Below, piece by piece: positions 46,764-56,856 of a stretch of 64,000 bases of DNA. The position numbers were made by a program, and so were the translations under genes. The notes below the pieces were generated by a model, which ran no database searches, was not told where the DNA came from, and saw nothing but the letters and a program-made list of their open reading frames with translations. The stretch comes from Abditibacteriaceae bacterium (GTDB lineage: Bacteria > Armatimonadota > Abditibacteriia > Abditibacteriales > Abditibacteriaceae): assembly GCA_965277285.1 (NCBI GenBank), contig OZ255721.1, positions 1,088,001 to 1,152,000 on the forward strand, given 5' to 3'. Each line of letters starts with the position of its first letter. Positions within the stretch are counted from its first letter, which is position 1.

Positions 46764-47957
46764 TTACTGCAAAGAAACCAGAATGGGAATAAGCCCTTGA
46801 CCTTCGGGCAGACCGCGCAAAGCTTTCCCCACGACGGCGCCGAACGCTTGAACTGGATCACCGGCTTTCATAGCGTGTCCGGGCGTATCGGAAGTGGTGA
46901 GCAAGTCGCCCGCTTCGATGGCGCCATAACGCGCATCGGCTTTGCAGAAGACCTTGCCCATCAAGGCGACGGGCTTGCGTGGGCGTCCGGTCGGTTTCTT
47001 GTCGAGAATCAGGCCCGGCTTGTAGTCGCCCGCCCCCGAAATGACGCCCGCCACGCGCTTGTCATACGCTTTCTGGCTCAGTTGCAGCGCGCCTTCTTCG
47101 CACAACACCATGACCGTGCCCGCCTCGATAGTTTCGGCGTCCACGATGTCGAAGTCTTCCGCGCAGTCCGCATTGATCAGGCGAATGTCTCCCGTTACTT
47201 CCACATCACCCTCGAAAAAACCGGCCCGGCCCTTCCCAGTCCCGGCTTTGGCATGAAGCGCCGTGCCGGTGTCGCTGTAAGCATCCACCCCGATGGGGCC
47301 ACTCCCTGTAACACCAGTACCATATGGCGAGGTTCCACGCACACCAACGCCTGTGTTTGATACGCCGTAAACGCCCGAATGTGTGTCGCTCTGGCCGCTA
47401 ACGCCTGTTCCGTTGGGGCTAATTCCCCTGATGGCCGTACCGTGACCCATGGATGCTGTGATAGCTGCCGCTTCGTGCGGGAGACTCTTTTGAAGACTGG
47501 CGAGATTAACAAAGAGGGGTGTCGAAGTCTCCTCAGTTGCTGCTGGTGTGGCATCTCCTTGTGCTTTCGCCGGTTTGGTGAGGGGCGTGATGACTGGCAG
47601 CAGGAACATCAACCCGCCCGCCATGACCATCTTCTGAATCATCGCGCGCCGCGAATCGTCGCTCGCACTAACTGGGTGTTGAACCGGGCTACTGAGCAAT
47701 TGGGCTTTGTCGAGCGTGTCCAGCGACAGCCAGACCAACTCCTCGTCGAGCGGTTGTTGCAGTTCAGCCGACAGCAACCGCGTGGTGTCCGCGATGGCTT
47801 GCTTCCCGTCGCAGTGACGCCACACCCACGCCGCCGTCGCGTTGAGACGATGCGCGCAGAAGTTCCTGGCATCGTAAACCAGCAGTCCCTCGTCCAGTTG
47901 CTCGATGAACAACTCGTCCTGTCGCGCTTTCGGCAATTTCCCGCTGTTGCTTTTCAT
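46764..47957 (-). CDS. PqqD/RRE domain plus twin-Arg segment plus Gly-Val repeats plus peptidase-G2/intramolecular-chaperone-like C-terminus
   Basis: LLVYD..AHRLNATAAWVW..CDG; SRRAMIQK..PAKAQ; DCAEDF..VALMGKV..GDLLTTS..PGHAM..VGKAL. Confidence 0.7.
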   Translation of the reverse strand: MKSNSGKLPKARQDELFIEQLDEGLLVYDARNFCAHRLNATAAWVWRHCDGKQAIADTTRLLSAELQQPLDEELVWLSLDTLDKAQLLSSPVQHPVSASDDSRRAMIQKMVMAGGLMFLLPVITPLTKPAKAQGDATPAATEETSTPLFVNLASLQKSLPHEAAAITASMGHGTAIRGISPNGTGVSGQSDTHSGVYGVSNTGVGVRGTSPYGTGVTGSGPIGVDAYSDTGTALHAKAGTGKGRAGFFEGDVEVTGDIRLINADCAEDFDIVDAETIEAGTVMVLCEEGALQLSQKAYDKRVAGVISGAGDYKPGLILDKKPTGRPRKPVALMGKVFCKADARYGAIEAGDLLTTSDTPGHAMKAGDPVQAFGAVVGKALRGLPEGQGLIPILVSLQ

Positions 47958-48659
47958 AGTGACTCCGTTGTAATCTGTCTGCCAAATCCACGCCTCTTAG
48001 CTGTGAGGAGGTTTTGCACTGGAAAACGGGGAGAAGGCGATCATCACGTCAGTCGGGGCAGCGATCACGGCTGTAAACGTTGCGAACGCAACCAGCCGCA
48101 CGCTTTTCCACGTCGCAAATCAAGCAATTATGCGATACGTTTCCGACCGATGCGCGTAATCTTACTTTACCTTGGTAAACAGAACAAGTGCGGGGAGCTT
48201 GAGAAACCTCTAGATCTTCATTACATCAAGTGGAACAAACCGGGGCCACATCAAGCCAAAACCATTTCGCTGCTCGATTCTTGCAACTCCGCGTTCGTTC
48301 CTAACCCGTGCAACGCTTCAAACTTTTGTGCCATGAACGAACTGACCGCTGACCGTGATAGGCAGAGCCAAAGTCAAGCTCTTCGAGATGCGCCCGGTGA
48401 AGCAAACCAAAGTGCATCAAAAGGGCGACCTGGCCGAGCTTGTGTATTCGAACTCGCTCAAGTCGAACTCGCTTGACAAAGCGACGGGATTGACAAAGTG
48501 GGAAATGCAGCGGCTCGATTTGCTGATTTTACAAGCCGACGACGAAAGCGCGCTTGCGGTGGTCGGGCGAAGTTTGTGCAGCGTAACGTACCGGTTGGAA
48601 CAGCATCCGAACATCGAACTCGTGCGCGAAGAAGCGACGGAGATTTCCGTCTTCGCCTG

Positions 48660-48760
48660 CTAAGGATGCACCTTCTTTTCTCAAACTGGAAGCAAAGGCT
48701 CAATCAACTTCCACAACACATCGGAAATCACAAACTCTTGAACTGTAATCTCTTGGTTGT
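48660..48760 (-). pseudogene. IS5-family transposase N-terminal remnant
   Basis: Minus-strand ISDVLWKLIEPLLPV* fragment. Confidence 0.5.
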
Positions 48761-48780
48761 ATGCGACACAGTTCATTACC

Positions 48781-49020
48781 CTATTCGGATAGATTCTTAT
48801 GTGAATCTTTCTTGCTCAACATTCTCTTCGCAAGACGAGGGGCATAGTTCCATACTATATTGACATTCACACCGATAAGTATGATGCGGAATAGGTTCGC
48901 GGGGTCTCCCATCCAATAGAACCCGAGCCAAACAGCAACCCTGATCTCAAGAACAGTGACAATGAGAGCGAGGATGAAAGCGACAATCCACGTTCCTACC
49001 AATACTAAAGACTTATTCAT
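48781..49020 (-). CDS. Small membrane protein (low GC)
   Basis: Two hydrophobic segments. Confidence 0.4.
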   Translation of the reverse strand: MNKSLVLVGTWIVAFILALIVTVLEIRVAVWLGFYWMGDPANLFRIILIGVNVNIVWNYAPRLAKRMLSKKDSHKNLSE

Positions 49021-49378
49021 GGATAACTCATCATAATTCAACGGTTGCTGGGTTGAGTATGTGCGATGCGTTGCATTATCCCGCCAAATACTCCACCAAA
49101 CGCGCCTCTACCGATCGTTTCTTGATTGTTGGTGTTGAATTGGCGATCAAACCTGTCTGTCGCTGCCCTTCTAAACACGAAACTTTTCGCAATAGTGGCA
49201 AAAAGATTGATTTTCAATATTATTCAAGGCACCACCATCGTCACCAATTAACCGCAATAACAGCGAATGGTTCGACAGCCCTTCGATCATCGCCACAACG
49301 TGCTCACGCGCTGCTGGTCCCAAGTTCTGCATCAAGCGCCCAACATAAGCCGCTTCCAGCGCCACCACATCGTCGCGT

Positions 49379-49404
49379 GCCTCAATCGAGTACTCGATTG
49401 AGGC
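49379..49404. repeat. 26-bp perfect palindrome centred on the iterated motif
   Basis: gcctcaatcgagtactcgattgaggc. Confidence 0.95.
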
Positions 49405-49539
49405 CCAGCCGCGCCGCCTGTTCTTCGTCCCACACAAACTGCGCTTCGTGCAAAACAAGCGACCGCTCGTAGGGCGAACAATTCAGCGAATGATCGCGCG
49501 GCGTTCTCAACGAAACGCAGTCATACTAAGCGCACCTTT

Positions 49540-50502
49540 ATGAAACTGATTTTTATGGGCACGCCCGCGCTGGCCGTCCCGTTTTTGGAACGTTTGCACA
49601 ACGAACACCAAATCGTCGCGGTGGTGACGCAGCCCGATAAACCTGCCGGACGCGGACGCAATTTGCAAGCGCCGCCGCCCAAAACTTGGGCGAACGAGTA
49701 CTCGATTCCAGTTTTGCAGCCCGAACGCGCGCGCAACGAAGCGTTTGTCGAAGAATTGCGCGCCTTCAACGCGGACGCGATTGCGGTTGTGGCTTACGGG
49801 CAAATTCTGCCGCGCGCGATTTTAGAAATGCCGCGTTTGGGTTGTCTCAACGCGCATTTTTCACTGCTTCCGCGTTGGCGTGGCGCGGCTCCTGTGCAGC
49901 ACGCGCTGATTTCCGGCGACACAACGACTGGCGTCACGATTCAGCACATGGCCGAAAAACTGGACGCGGGCGACATCGTTTTGCAACGCGAATACCGAAT
50001 TTCACCACAAGAGACGACCGGCGATTTATGGCAAGCCTTGACGCCGATTGGCGCGGACGCCTTGAGCGAAGCCCTGCATCAACTGGAAAATGGAACGGCT
50101 CAGCGCACGCCGCAAGATGAATCTCTGATTACTCTCGCGTCGCAACTCAAGCGTGAAGACGGGCTTCTTCATTGGAACGAAACAGCGCGCAATCTGGTGA
50201 ATCGCGTGCGTGGAACGAATCCATGGCCGGGCGCTTGGACAACTTTCAACGGCGCGATTTTGAAGGTTTGGCGAACGGAAGTCGTCAGCGATGCGTCGGG
50301 CGCAGCCGGAAAAGTTTTAGAAATTGACGCGCGCGGCCTCGTTATCGGCGCGGGAGAAAACGCGGTGCGTTTGCTGGAAGTTCAAGGCGAAGGTCGCCCA
50401 AAAATGAGCGCAGCAGATTGGGCGCGCGGCACACGCTTGGAACGCGGCCAAAACTTTGGCGAAGCTTCGTCGCAGATGGAACAAGGCGCGCTTCATGGAT
50501 GA
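49540..50502 (+). CDS. fmt: Methionyl-tRNA formyltransferase
   Basis: FMGTP, VTQPDKPAGRG, HFSLLPRWRGAAP, LDAGD. Confidence 0.97.
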   Translation: MKLIFMGTPALAVPFLERLHNEHQIVAVVTQPDKPAGRGRNLQAPPPKTWANEYSIPVLQPERARNEAFVEELRAFNADAIAVVAYGQILPRAILEMPRLGCLNAHFSLLPRWRGAAPVQHALISGDTTTGVTIQHMAEKLDAGDIVLQREYRISPQETTGDLWQALTPIGADALSEALHQLENGTAQRTPQDESLITLASQLKREDGLLHWNETARNLVNRVRGTNPWPGAWTTFNGAILKVWRTEVVSDASGAAGKVLEIDARGLVIGAGENAVRLLEVQGEGRPKMSAADWARGTRLERGQNFGEASSQMEQGALHG

Positions 50503-52030
50503 AACGCCGCGACACGCCTCGAAAACTTCCGAACCGCGAAATGTTCCAAAATCGCGTATTTTGAGTACTCGAAAGCCCGTTTTACCAGAAAAAACAGCCT
50601 CGCAAGTTCGCACGAATGCGCGACAAACGGCGTTACGCGCTTTGACGCAGCTCGAAACGAGCGAGTCGCCGCTTTCTGCCCTGCTCGACGGACAAAAACA
50701 GGATAACGCCAGTCGCTCTTTTGCGCGCGAATTGGCGACCGGAACAATACGTCATCGTGCGCGCCTGGATTGGACAATCGAGCCTTTGCTGAAGAAACCG
50801 CTCGAGAAATTGGACGCGCCAGTACGCAACGCTCTGCGCCTGGCAGCTTATGAGCGCATCATTTTGCAGACGCCACATGCCGTCATCGCCGACGAATACG
50901 CCGAACTGATGCGCGGCGAAAAGCTGAAGTCCGCCGTTGCTTTTGTCAACGCCGTCGCGCGAAAATTGCCCGCGACATGGCGCAATTCACCTTCGCCCGA
51001 AAAAACACCAGCGCGTCATTTGGCGACTGAGTTTTCGCATCCTTTGTGGCTCGTCGAACGCTGGATCGCGCGTCTTGGTTTTGAGAAAACACAGGCTTTG
51101 TGCGCCGCCAATAACGAAATCGCGCCATTGTCTTTGCGTGTTAACACAACGAAAACCACGCGAGTTCGAGTACTCGAAAGCCTGCAAAGTCGCGGTCTGG
51201 CAGCGTTTGAAGGCGAACTTTCGCCGGACGCGATCTTGGTGGAAGGCGCCAATGGTTCGCCCGAAAGCTGGCCGGAATGGGCGCGCGGCGAAATTATCGC
51301 GCAGGACGAAGCCGCGCAACTCGTCGCTTTTGTTATGGCGCCGCAAGAAAACAGCTTTGTGGTTGATATGGCTGCGGCGCCTGGCGGAAAAACGACGCAT
51401 TTGGCGCAGTTGATGAACGACAAAGGCCGCATTCTGGCGCGCGACCGCAGCGAAGGTCGCCTTAAATTGGTGCGAGAAAATGCGGCTCGACTGGGTTTAG
51501 GTTGCATCGCAACGCAAGTCGTTGACGGACGAGAATCGCATACCCAATTGCTCCAACAAACGACCGAAGAAACACTTTGCGACGCGTTATTGCTGGATGC
51601 GCCGTGTCTGGGAACCGGAACTTTGCGTCGCCGACCAGATGCGAAATGGCGCAAAACGCCGGAAATGTTGGCTGAATTGGTGAATCTGCAACGCGAATTA
51701 CTCGATGCAGCAGCACTTGGGGTTTGCGTCGGCGGCGTTCTGGTCTACTCGACGTGTTCGCTGGAAAGCGAAGAAAACGAGGAACAAATCCAAGCGTTTT
51801 TAGCGCGTCACGCAAATTGGAAAGTCGACGAGGCGAGCGAAGTGCGTTCTGAAATCGGGCGATTGCGCGGCAATGATGGTTTCTGGCGAACCAGCCCTTC
51901 CGATGGCGCAGAAATCGCTGAAGTGCGCGCGATTTCGAATGCAACTTTCAATTCGGAAAACGTTCGAGAAGTTTCTTCGCATTCGCGTCCCGACGGCATG
52001 TTCGCGGCACGATTGCGACGCCTGCAATAA
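50495..52030 (+). CDS. rsmB: 16S rRNA m5C967 methyltransferase
   Basis: NusB-like N-term; AAPGGKTT, DAPCLGTG, YSTCS. Confidence 0.95.
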   Translation: MDETPRHASKTSEPRNVPKSRILSTRKPVLPEKTASQVRTNARQTALRALTQLETSESPLSALLDGQKQDNASRSFARELATGTIRHRARLDWTIEPLLKKPLEKLDAPVRNALRLAAYERIILQTPHAVIADEYAELMRGEKLKSAVAFVNAVARKLPATWRNSPSPEKTPARHLATEFSHPLWLVERWIARLGFEKTQALCAANNEIAPLSLRVNTTKTTRVRVLESLQSRGLAAFEGELSPDAILVEGANGSPESWPEWARGEIIAQDEAAQLVAFVMAPQENSFVVDMAAAPGGKTTHLAQLMNDKGRILARDRSEGRLKLVRENAARLGLGCIATQVVDGRESHTQLLQQTTEETLCDALLLDAPCLGTGTLRRRPDAKWRKTPEMLAELVNLQRELLDAAALGVCVGGVLVYSTCSLESEENEEQIQAFLARHANWKVDEASEVRSEIGRLRGNDGFWRTSPSDGAEIAEVRAISNATFNSENVREVSSHSRPDGMFAARLRRLQ

Positions 52031-52081
52031 AGACGTGCCATAAGATCGAGTACTCGAAAGTAGAACGATCAAACGAAAATT

Positions 52082-52696
52082 ATGAAAATAGGCAAGAAGA
52101 GTTCCAACAAATGGGTCACGGTTGCGATTGAGATTTCAATTATAGTAGTGGCGATTTTCTTGGGCCTAATAATTCGCGTGGGTGTTTATGAGACCGCGAT
52201 TGTGACTTCCGGCTCGATGGAAGACACGCTGCAAGTCAACGACCGCATGCTGATCGATCATCGAGACAGTTTGCATGGTCAATGGCAGCGTGGCGATGTC
52301 GTGTTGTTCAACGATCCCGAATCGTGGAAGACATCAAATGACGGACAGCCTGCGGCTCCCGCCAGCGCCGCGCCCGCCGAAGACGGCGACGAATTGGTCA
52401 AACGCGTCATCGGCTTGCCGGGCGAAACGTTGCAAATCACGAACAACAAAATCTTCGTAAATGGGCAGCAATTGAGCGAACCCTACATCAAAAGCGCGAT
52501 GGACACGCCCGATTTTCAAATTGTTTTGGGCGCCAATCAATACTTTGTGATGGGCGATAACCGCAACAATTCGGATGATTCGCGCTTTCACGGCCCGATT
52601 GGTGACGGCGACATCATCGGACGCGCGGTGCGTTTGGTCGGGCCATTCGGTCGTTTCGGCGCGTTGCCGCATCCCGATTACGCAAATGCGCCGTAA
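52082..52696 (+). CDS. lepB: Signal peptidase I
   Basis: SGSM, VKRVIGLPGE, MGDNRNNSDDSR. Confidence 0.95.
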   Translation: MKIGKKSSNKWVTVAIEISIIVVAIFLGLIIRVGVYETAIVTSGSMEDTLQVNDRMLIDHRDSLHGQWQRGDVVLFNDPESWKTSNDGQPAAPASAAPAEDGDELVKRVIGLPGETLQITNNKIFVNGQQLSEPYIKSAMDTPDFQIVLGANQYFVMGDNRNNSDDSRFHGPIGDGDIIGRAVRLVGPFGRFGALPHPDYANAP

Positions 52697-52716
52697 ATAC
52701 GCGATAATTGAACCTT

Positions 52717-53172
52717 ATGGAATCTTCTTCTGCTTCTTCGGGCGCGCGCTTGCTGGGACGCCCCGGCGTGCAACAATTCGCTAAGTTCTGTCTGGTTGGT
52801 GCCAGCAGTTTTATCATCGACTCGTCGATTTCGTTTCTGCTGTTCTTTGGGTTGCACGTTTCTGTCAATCTCGCCAACTCGGTTTCTTTTTTGGCGGGCG
52901 TCACGAACGGCTTTGTCTGGAACAGCCGCTGGACGTTCAGCCATATTGAAGTAGGCAATGCTCGCACTCGTTTCGCCAAGTTCTTGGCCGTTAATGTCGT
53001 TGGTTTAGCTTTGAACTTGTTGTGCGTCAACGCGATTTTGCTTTTTCTCAATGGTTCGGCGCATCACTCTGCGACCAGCAAAATTTCCTATTTTGTTGCA
53101 AAACTGGGCGCTTGCGCCGTCGTCGTTTTCTGGAACTTTTTCGCCAACAAACACTGGACGTTCAAAGCCTGA
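52717..53172 (+). CDS. GtrA-family protein
   Basis: QFAKFCLVG, NSRWTF, WNFFANKHWTF. Confidence 0.9.
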   Translation: MESSSASSGARLLGRPGVQQFAKFCLVGASSFIIDSSISFLLFFGLHVSVNLANSVSFLAGVTNGFVWNSRWTFSHIEVGNARTRFAKFLAVNVVGLALNLLCVNAILLFLNGSAHHSATSKISYFVAKLGACAVVVFWNFFANKHWTFKA

Positions 53173-53173
53173 T

Positions 53174-55195
53174 ATGAACGTTCGCCCTTTTTGGAAATCG
53201 CCGCATTTCGTTCCTTTGCTGTTTCTTTTCGCGCTATGCAGTTTTTACTGGAATCGAGTACTCTTTTCTAACCAGGTTCTGCTGCCCGATTTCGGGCGTG
53301 GTTTCGCGCCGTTTGGCAGCGACCCGAAAGCGCCCTGGAACATTTTGCAATGGGATTCCCTCGCGCAATATTTCCCGTGGCGCACCTTCTCCGCGCAGCA
53401 AGTTCACGCTGGAAAAATCCCGTTGTGGAATCCGCATCAATTCGCCGGAACGCCGTTTTTAGCCAACGGTCAAAGCGCAGTTTTTTATCCCTTGAGCCTG
53501 CCGTTTTATCTTTTTGATGTGGCGCGCGCTTTTGGCGTTTCGGCGTGGCTGCATTCGCTGCTCGCCTGTTTTGCGACTTATTTTCTCGGTCAACAATGGC
53601 GACTTTCGCGCGCCGCGTCCCTGCTCGCCGCCGTCGCCTTCGGGTTTTGCGGATTTTTAACGTTCTGGATCACTTTGCCGACGCTTTCCAATACGGCGTC
53701 GTGGCTGCCGCTTTTGGTTTTGTTGTTCGAGCGCGCCGTCGCATCAAGAAGCGAAACGACAAAGAACGAAAAGACAAAAACGGCGGCGACGAACACGCGA
53801 TTTCGAGGACTCGATTTCTGGTTGTTGGTCATTGCGTTAGGCTGCGCGTATCTCGCGGGACATCCGCAGATTTTCTTTTATTGCCTGGTGGCGCTGGTTT
53901 TACGCGCGCTGACGTTTCCACTTGTCCAATGGAAAAACGCGTTGGCGATTTTCGTTCCGGCTGTCGTTGCCACGCTTTTTGGTTGCGCGTTGCAGATTTT
54001 GCCGACTTTGGAATTGGCGCGTTTGGGACATCGCGCCGGACAAGTTGCGGACGCCAAAGGCTGGGCGTTCGTGTCCGGCAACGCTTTGCATTCAGGCGAT
54101 TTGATGTCGCTCACCAATCCGTTCTGGCCATCGCTTTCCTTCAATGAAAACAAAGGTTACGTCGGTGTCGGCGTTTTGACCTTGATGCTCGCTGCAATCG
54201 TGTTTGCCTTCATCAACAGATTTTTTCTCGCCAACAGAAAAATAGCGGAATCGAGTACTCGAAACGACGCGTCGGGCTTTTGGTTTGCTTTCATCCTAAC
54301 GCTTTTCGGATTGTTGTATGCGCTGGCGTCGCCTTTGTCTGCGGCGTTTTACTTTCATGTTCCGGCCATCGCGCAAATGGGCGGCGTTGGGCGCGCCTTG
54401 TGCTTGTGGAGTTTGGGCGCGTCGTTGCTGGCCGGCTTTGGCCTGGATGCGTTGCGTGCGCGCATTCGCTCTTCGGTTTTGCCGTTGCTCGCGCTTGGCG
54501 TGGTGGCAGCGGAACTTTTCGCGGCGAGTTGGAACACGCAACCCACAGCGCCGCGCGCCGACATTTATCCCGCGACGCGCGTCACCACGTTTTTGCAAGA
54601 ACATACGCAAAACGGCGAGCGCGTTTTATTCTGGACGCCGCGCAAAGATTGGTTGCCGCGCGAAATTTTGATTCAAGAATCGCAGGACAGCGGCGTGCCT
54701 GAAGCGGCGCGAACGCATCCCGAAGGCATTTTGCCGCCCAACGGCGCGACGGTTTACGGCTTGAACGACGTGAACGGCTACGATTCGCTATCGAGCGGCG
54801 CGTATCGCCAGTTTTTGAATCAGGGCGAAGGCGTCGATGTTTCGCCGCCGCTCAACGGCAACATGGTTTTGATTAACAATGTCGGGTCGCCCGCGCTGGA
54901 TGCGCTCGATGTGCGCTACATTGTGGTGCCCGAACTGATGCCTGTTCCCAATGCGCGCGAAGTGTTGCGCACCGAGGGCTGCGTTGTCTTCGAGCGACAG
55001 CGAGTACTCGATGTATCGCACATTGTGACACAAAAAAGTGGGCGCGATTTCTTTCCAGGTTGGACAAACAATCAATATAATCCGACTTCGTTTCGGCTGG
55101 GATCGTTCTTGTCGCTTCTGATTTTGGGTTTGATGAGTGCTTGTTTCGGCGCTCGAATTGCAAGCAAGCGCGCCCGCTTTTCCACCACAAATTGA
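53174..55195 (+). CDS. YfhO-like GT-C membrane protein
   Basis: PLWNPHQFAGTPFLAN..FYP, AGHPQ, NGYD. Confidence 0.8.
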   Translation: MNVRPFWKSPHFVPLLFLFALCSFYWNRVLFSNQVLLPDFGRGFAPFGSDPKAPWNILQWDSLAQYFPWRTFSAQQVHAGKIPLWNPHQFAGTPFLANGQSAVFYPLSLPFYLFDVARAFGVSAWLHSLLACFATYFLGQQWRLSRAASLLAAVAFGFCGFLTFWITLPTLSNTASWLPLLVLLFERAVASRSETTKNEKTKTAATNTRFRGLDFWLLVIALGCAYLAGHPQIFFYCLVALVLRALTFPLVQWKNALAIFVPAVVATLFGCALQILPTLELARLGHRAGQVADAKGWAFVSGNALHSGDLMSLTNPFWPSLSFNENKGYVGVGVLTLMLAAIVFAFINRFFLANRKIAESSTRNDASGFWFAFILTLFGLLYALASPLSAAFYFHVPAIAQMGGVGRALCLWSLGASLLAGFGLDALRARIRSSVLPLLALGVVAAELFAASWNTQPTAPRADIYPATRVTTFLQEHTQNGERVLFWTPRKDWLPREILIQESQDSGVPEAARTHPEGILPPNGATVYGLNDVNGYDSLSSGAYRQFLNQGEGVDVSPPLNGNMVLINNVGSPALDALDVRYIVVPELMPVPNAREVLRTEGCVVFERQRVLDVSHIVTQKSGRDFFPGWTNNQYNPTSFRLGSFLSLLILGLMSACFGARIASKRARFSTTN

Positions 55196-55212
55196 TTTCA
55201 CAGGAGACGAAG

Positions 55213-55617
55213 ATGCCTTACACATTGGATGGTAGCGCGCTCAGCATCGCCGAAGAACCGAACTTGAAAGATGGCACGTTGTGGGTTCCGCTGCGCGCTG
55301 TTGGCGAAGCGCTGGGCGCCAAAGTCGCTTGGGATCCCGACAGCCAGGTCGCAATCGTTTATAACGGGCCGTACATTTATACGGTAAAAATCGGCGACGA
55401 AAGCGTCGATGTCGATGGCCAGAAGCTCGATTTGCAGGCCGCGCCCTTTACCGAAGGCGGCGACGCCTGGGTTCCCGTGCGCTTTTTCGAGCGCCCGATG
55501 GGTTATACCGTAAATGCCGACTGGCAAACCAAAAAAGTCGATATTGTGAATCCCGCGGCACAAGCCTCAACCACGCAATCGTCGGGCGGCGATGCGCAAG
55601 GCGATCCAGGCGCGTGA
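55213..55617 (+). CDS. Copper amine oxidase N-terminal (stalk) domain protein
   Basis: VPLRAVGEALGAKVAWD, VPVRF. Confidence 0.85.
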   Translation: MPYTLDGSALSIAEEPNLKDGTLWVPLRAVGEALGAKVAWDPDSQVAIVYNGPYIYTVKIGDESVDVDGQKLDLQAAPFTEGGDAWVPVRFFERPMGYTVNADWQTKKVDIVNPAAQASTTQSSGGDAQGDPGA

Positions 55618-55655
55618 TGTTTCAATCGCAATGACAATTTAACTGAAAGTTAAAC

Positions 55656-55694
55656 AAGCCGGACGCAGTCGAGTACTCGATTGCGTCCGGCTTT
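55656..55694 (+). terminator. Long hairpin whose axis is the iterated palindrome
   Basis: aagccggacgcagtcgagt|actcgattgcgtccggctt. Confidence 0.7.
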
Positions 55695-55711
55695 CTGTTA
55701 AACCTTGATTC

Positions 55712-56545
55712 ATGGAAAACAACGGACTTTTGGCGATCATCGGCGGCACTGGCGTCGATCTGCACAGCGATACATCGCAGTTTTCTTCAGCGCGCGATGA
55801 AGTCGTGGAAACGTGTTGGGGTCGCACACAATTGACGCGCGCCGTTTTGGACGAACGCGAAATCGTTTTCCTGCAGCGCCACGCCGCGTCTTCGCTCGAC
55901 GGCAACAAAGTGCAGGGACAAGCGATTCCGCCACATCGCGTGAATTATCGCGCCAACATCGCCGCCTTGAAAAAATTGGGCGTGACGGCGATTTTCGCTT
56001 CGACAGCCGTTGGTTCGTTGCGCCGCGAACTGGCGCCTGGCTCGCTGGTTTTGCTCGATCAATTTATCGACTTGACGACGCAGCGCGCCAAAACTTTTTT
56101 CGATGATCGCGCTGTTCACATCGACATGACCGAACCGTATTGTTCGCGCTTGCGTTCGCTTCTCGCGCTGACGGCGCACGACTTGAACCTTGCGATGAGC
56201 GCGACGGGAACGTATGTTTGCGCCGATGGGCCGCGTTTTGAAACTGCGGCGGAAATTCGTCTTTATGCGAACTGGGGTGGCGACGTCGTCGGCATGACAG
56301 GCGTTCCCGAATGCACACTGGCGCGCGAAGCGAACATTTCCTATGCGGGCGTTTCGATTGTCACCAATCTCGCGGCAGGCATTTCGCCGACGCCTTTGAC
56401 GCAAGCCGAAGTCGTGGACGCCATGCGCGTTTCGCTGCCGCAATTGATGCAACTTTTCCTCGCCGCCGTCCGCGATTACCGCGATGATGCGCACACAGAA
56501 TCACGTTGCGCCACACAAGAATTCGGCTCGCCTTCGGTGTTTTAG
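55712..56545 (+). CDS. mtnP: Methylthioadenosine/purine nucleoside phosphorylase
   Basis: IIGGTG, NYRANI, GPRFETAAE, VVGMT, VTN. Confidence 0.9.
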   Translation: MENNGLLAIIGGTGVDLHSDTSQFSSARDEVVETCWGRTQLTRAVLDEREIVFLQRHAASSLDGNKVQGQAIPPHRVNYRANIAALKKLGVTAIFASTAVGSLRRELAPGSLVLLDQFIDLTTQRAKTFFDDRAVHIDMTEPYCSRLRSLLALTAHDLNLAMSATGTYVCADGPRFETAAEIRLYANWGGDVVGMTGVPECTLAREANISYAGVSIVTNLAAGISPTPLTQAEVVDAMRVSLPQLMQLFLAAVRDYRDDAHTESRCATQEFGSPSVF

Positions 56546-56856
56546 TCGCTGAAAAAGACAACAAGCGCCAGAATTCTTCCATAATCGAGTACTCGAATAA
56601 TGCTAAGCGAACGGCGGCGTCGCTTCATTATCTTCTCTCCGAATCTTGCACGAAAAATATATTGAGAGAGCCGCCTAAATCTTCTTCTACTTAACACACA
56701 AGAAAGGTGACAAGATATATAATGAAGCCACAACATAACTCCAGACAATTTCAAGGAATCAAGAACAGCCATTGTTCTTTACCGTCCGCCGGGGTTGTCG
56801 CAGTTGGTGTCGTGGGGATTACGTCGGTTCAGCAAGAACCGGCGCAGGGAGAAGTT

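Noticed and set aside
48230..48663. Possible second IS3-like end and recombinase fragment
   Set aside because: Similarity too weak to support without a search
49171..49458. 95-aa minus-strand ORF
   Set aside because: No RBS or motif; looks like a frameshifted remnant at the island edge
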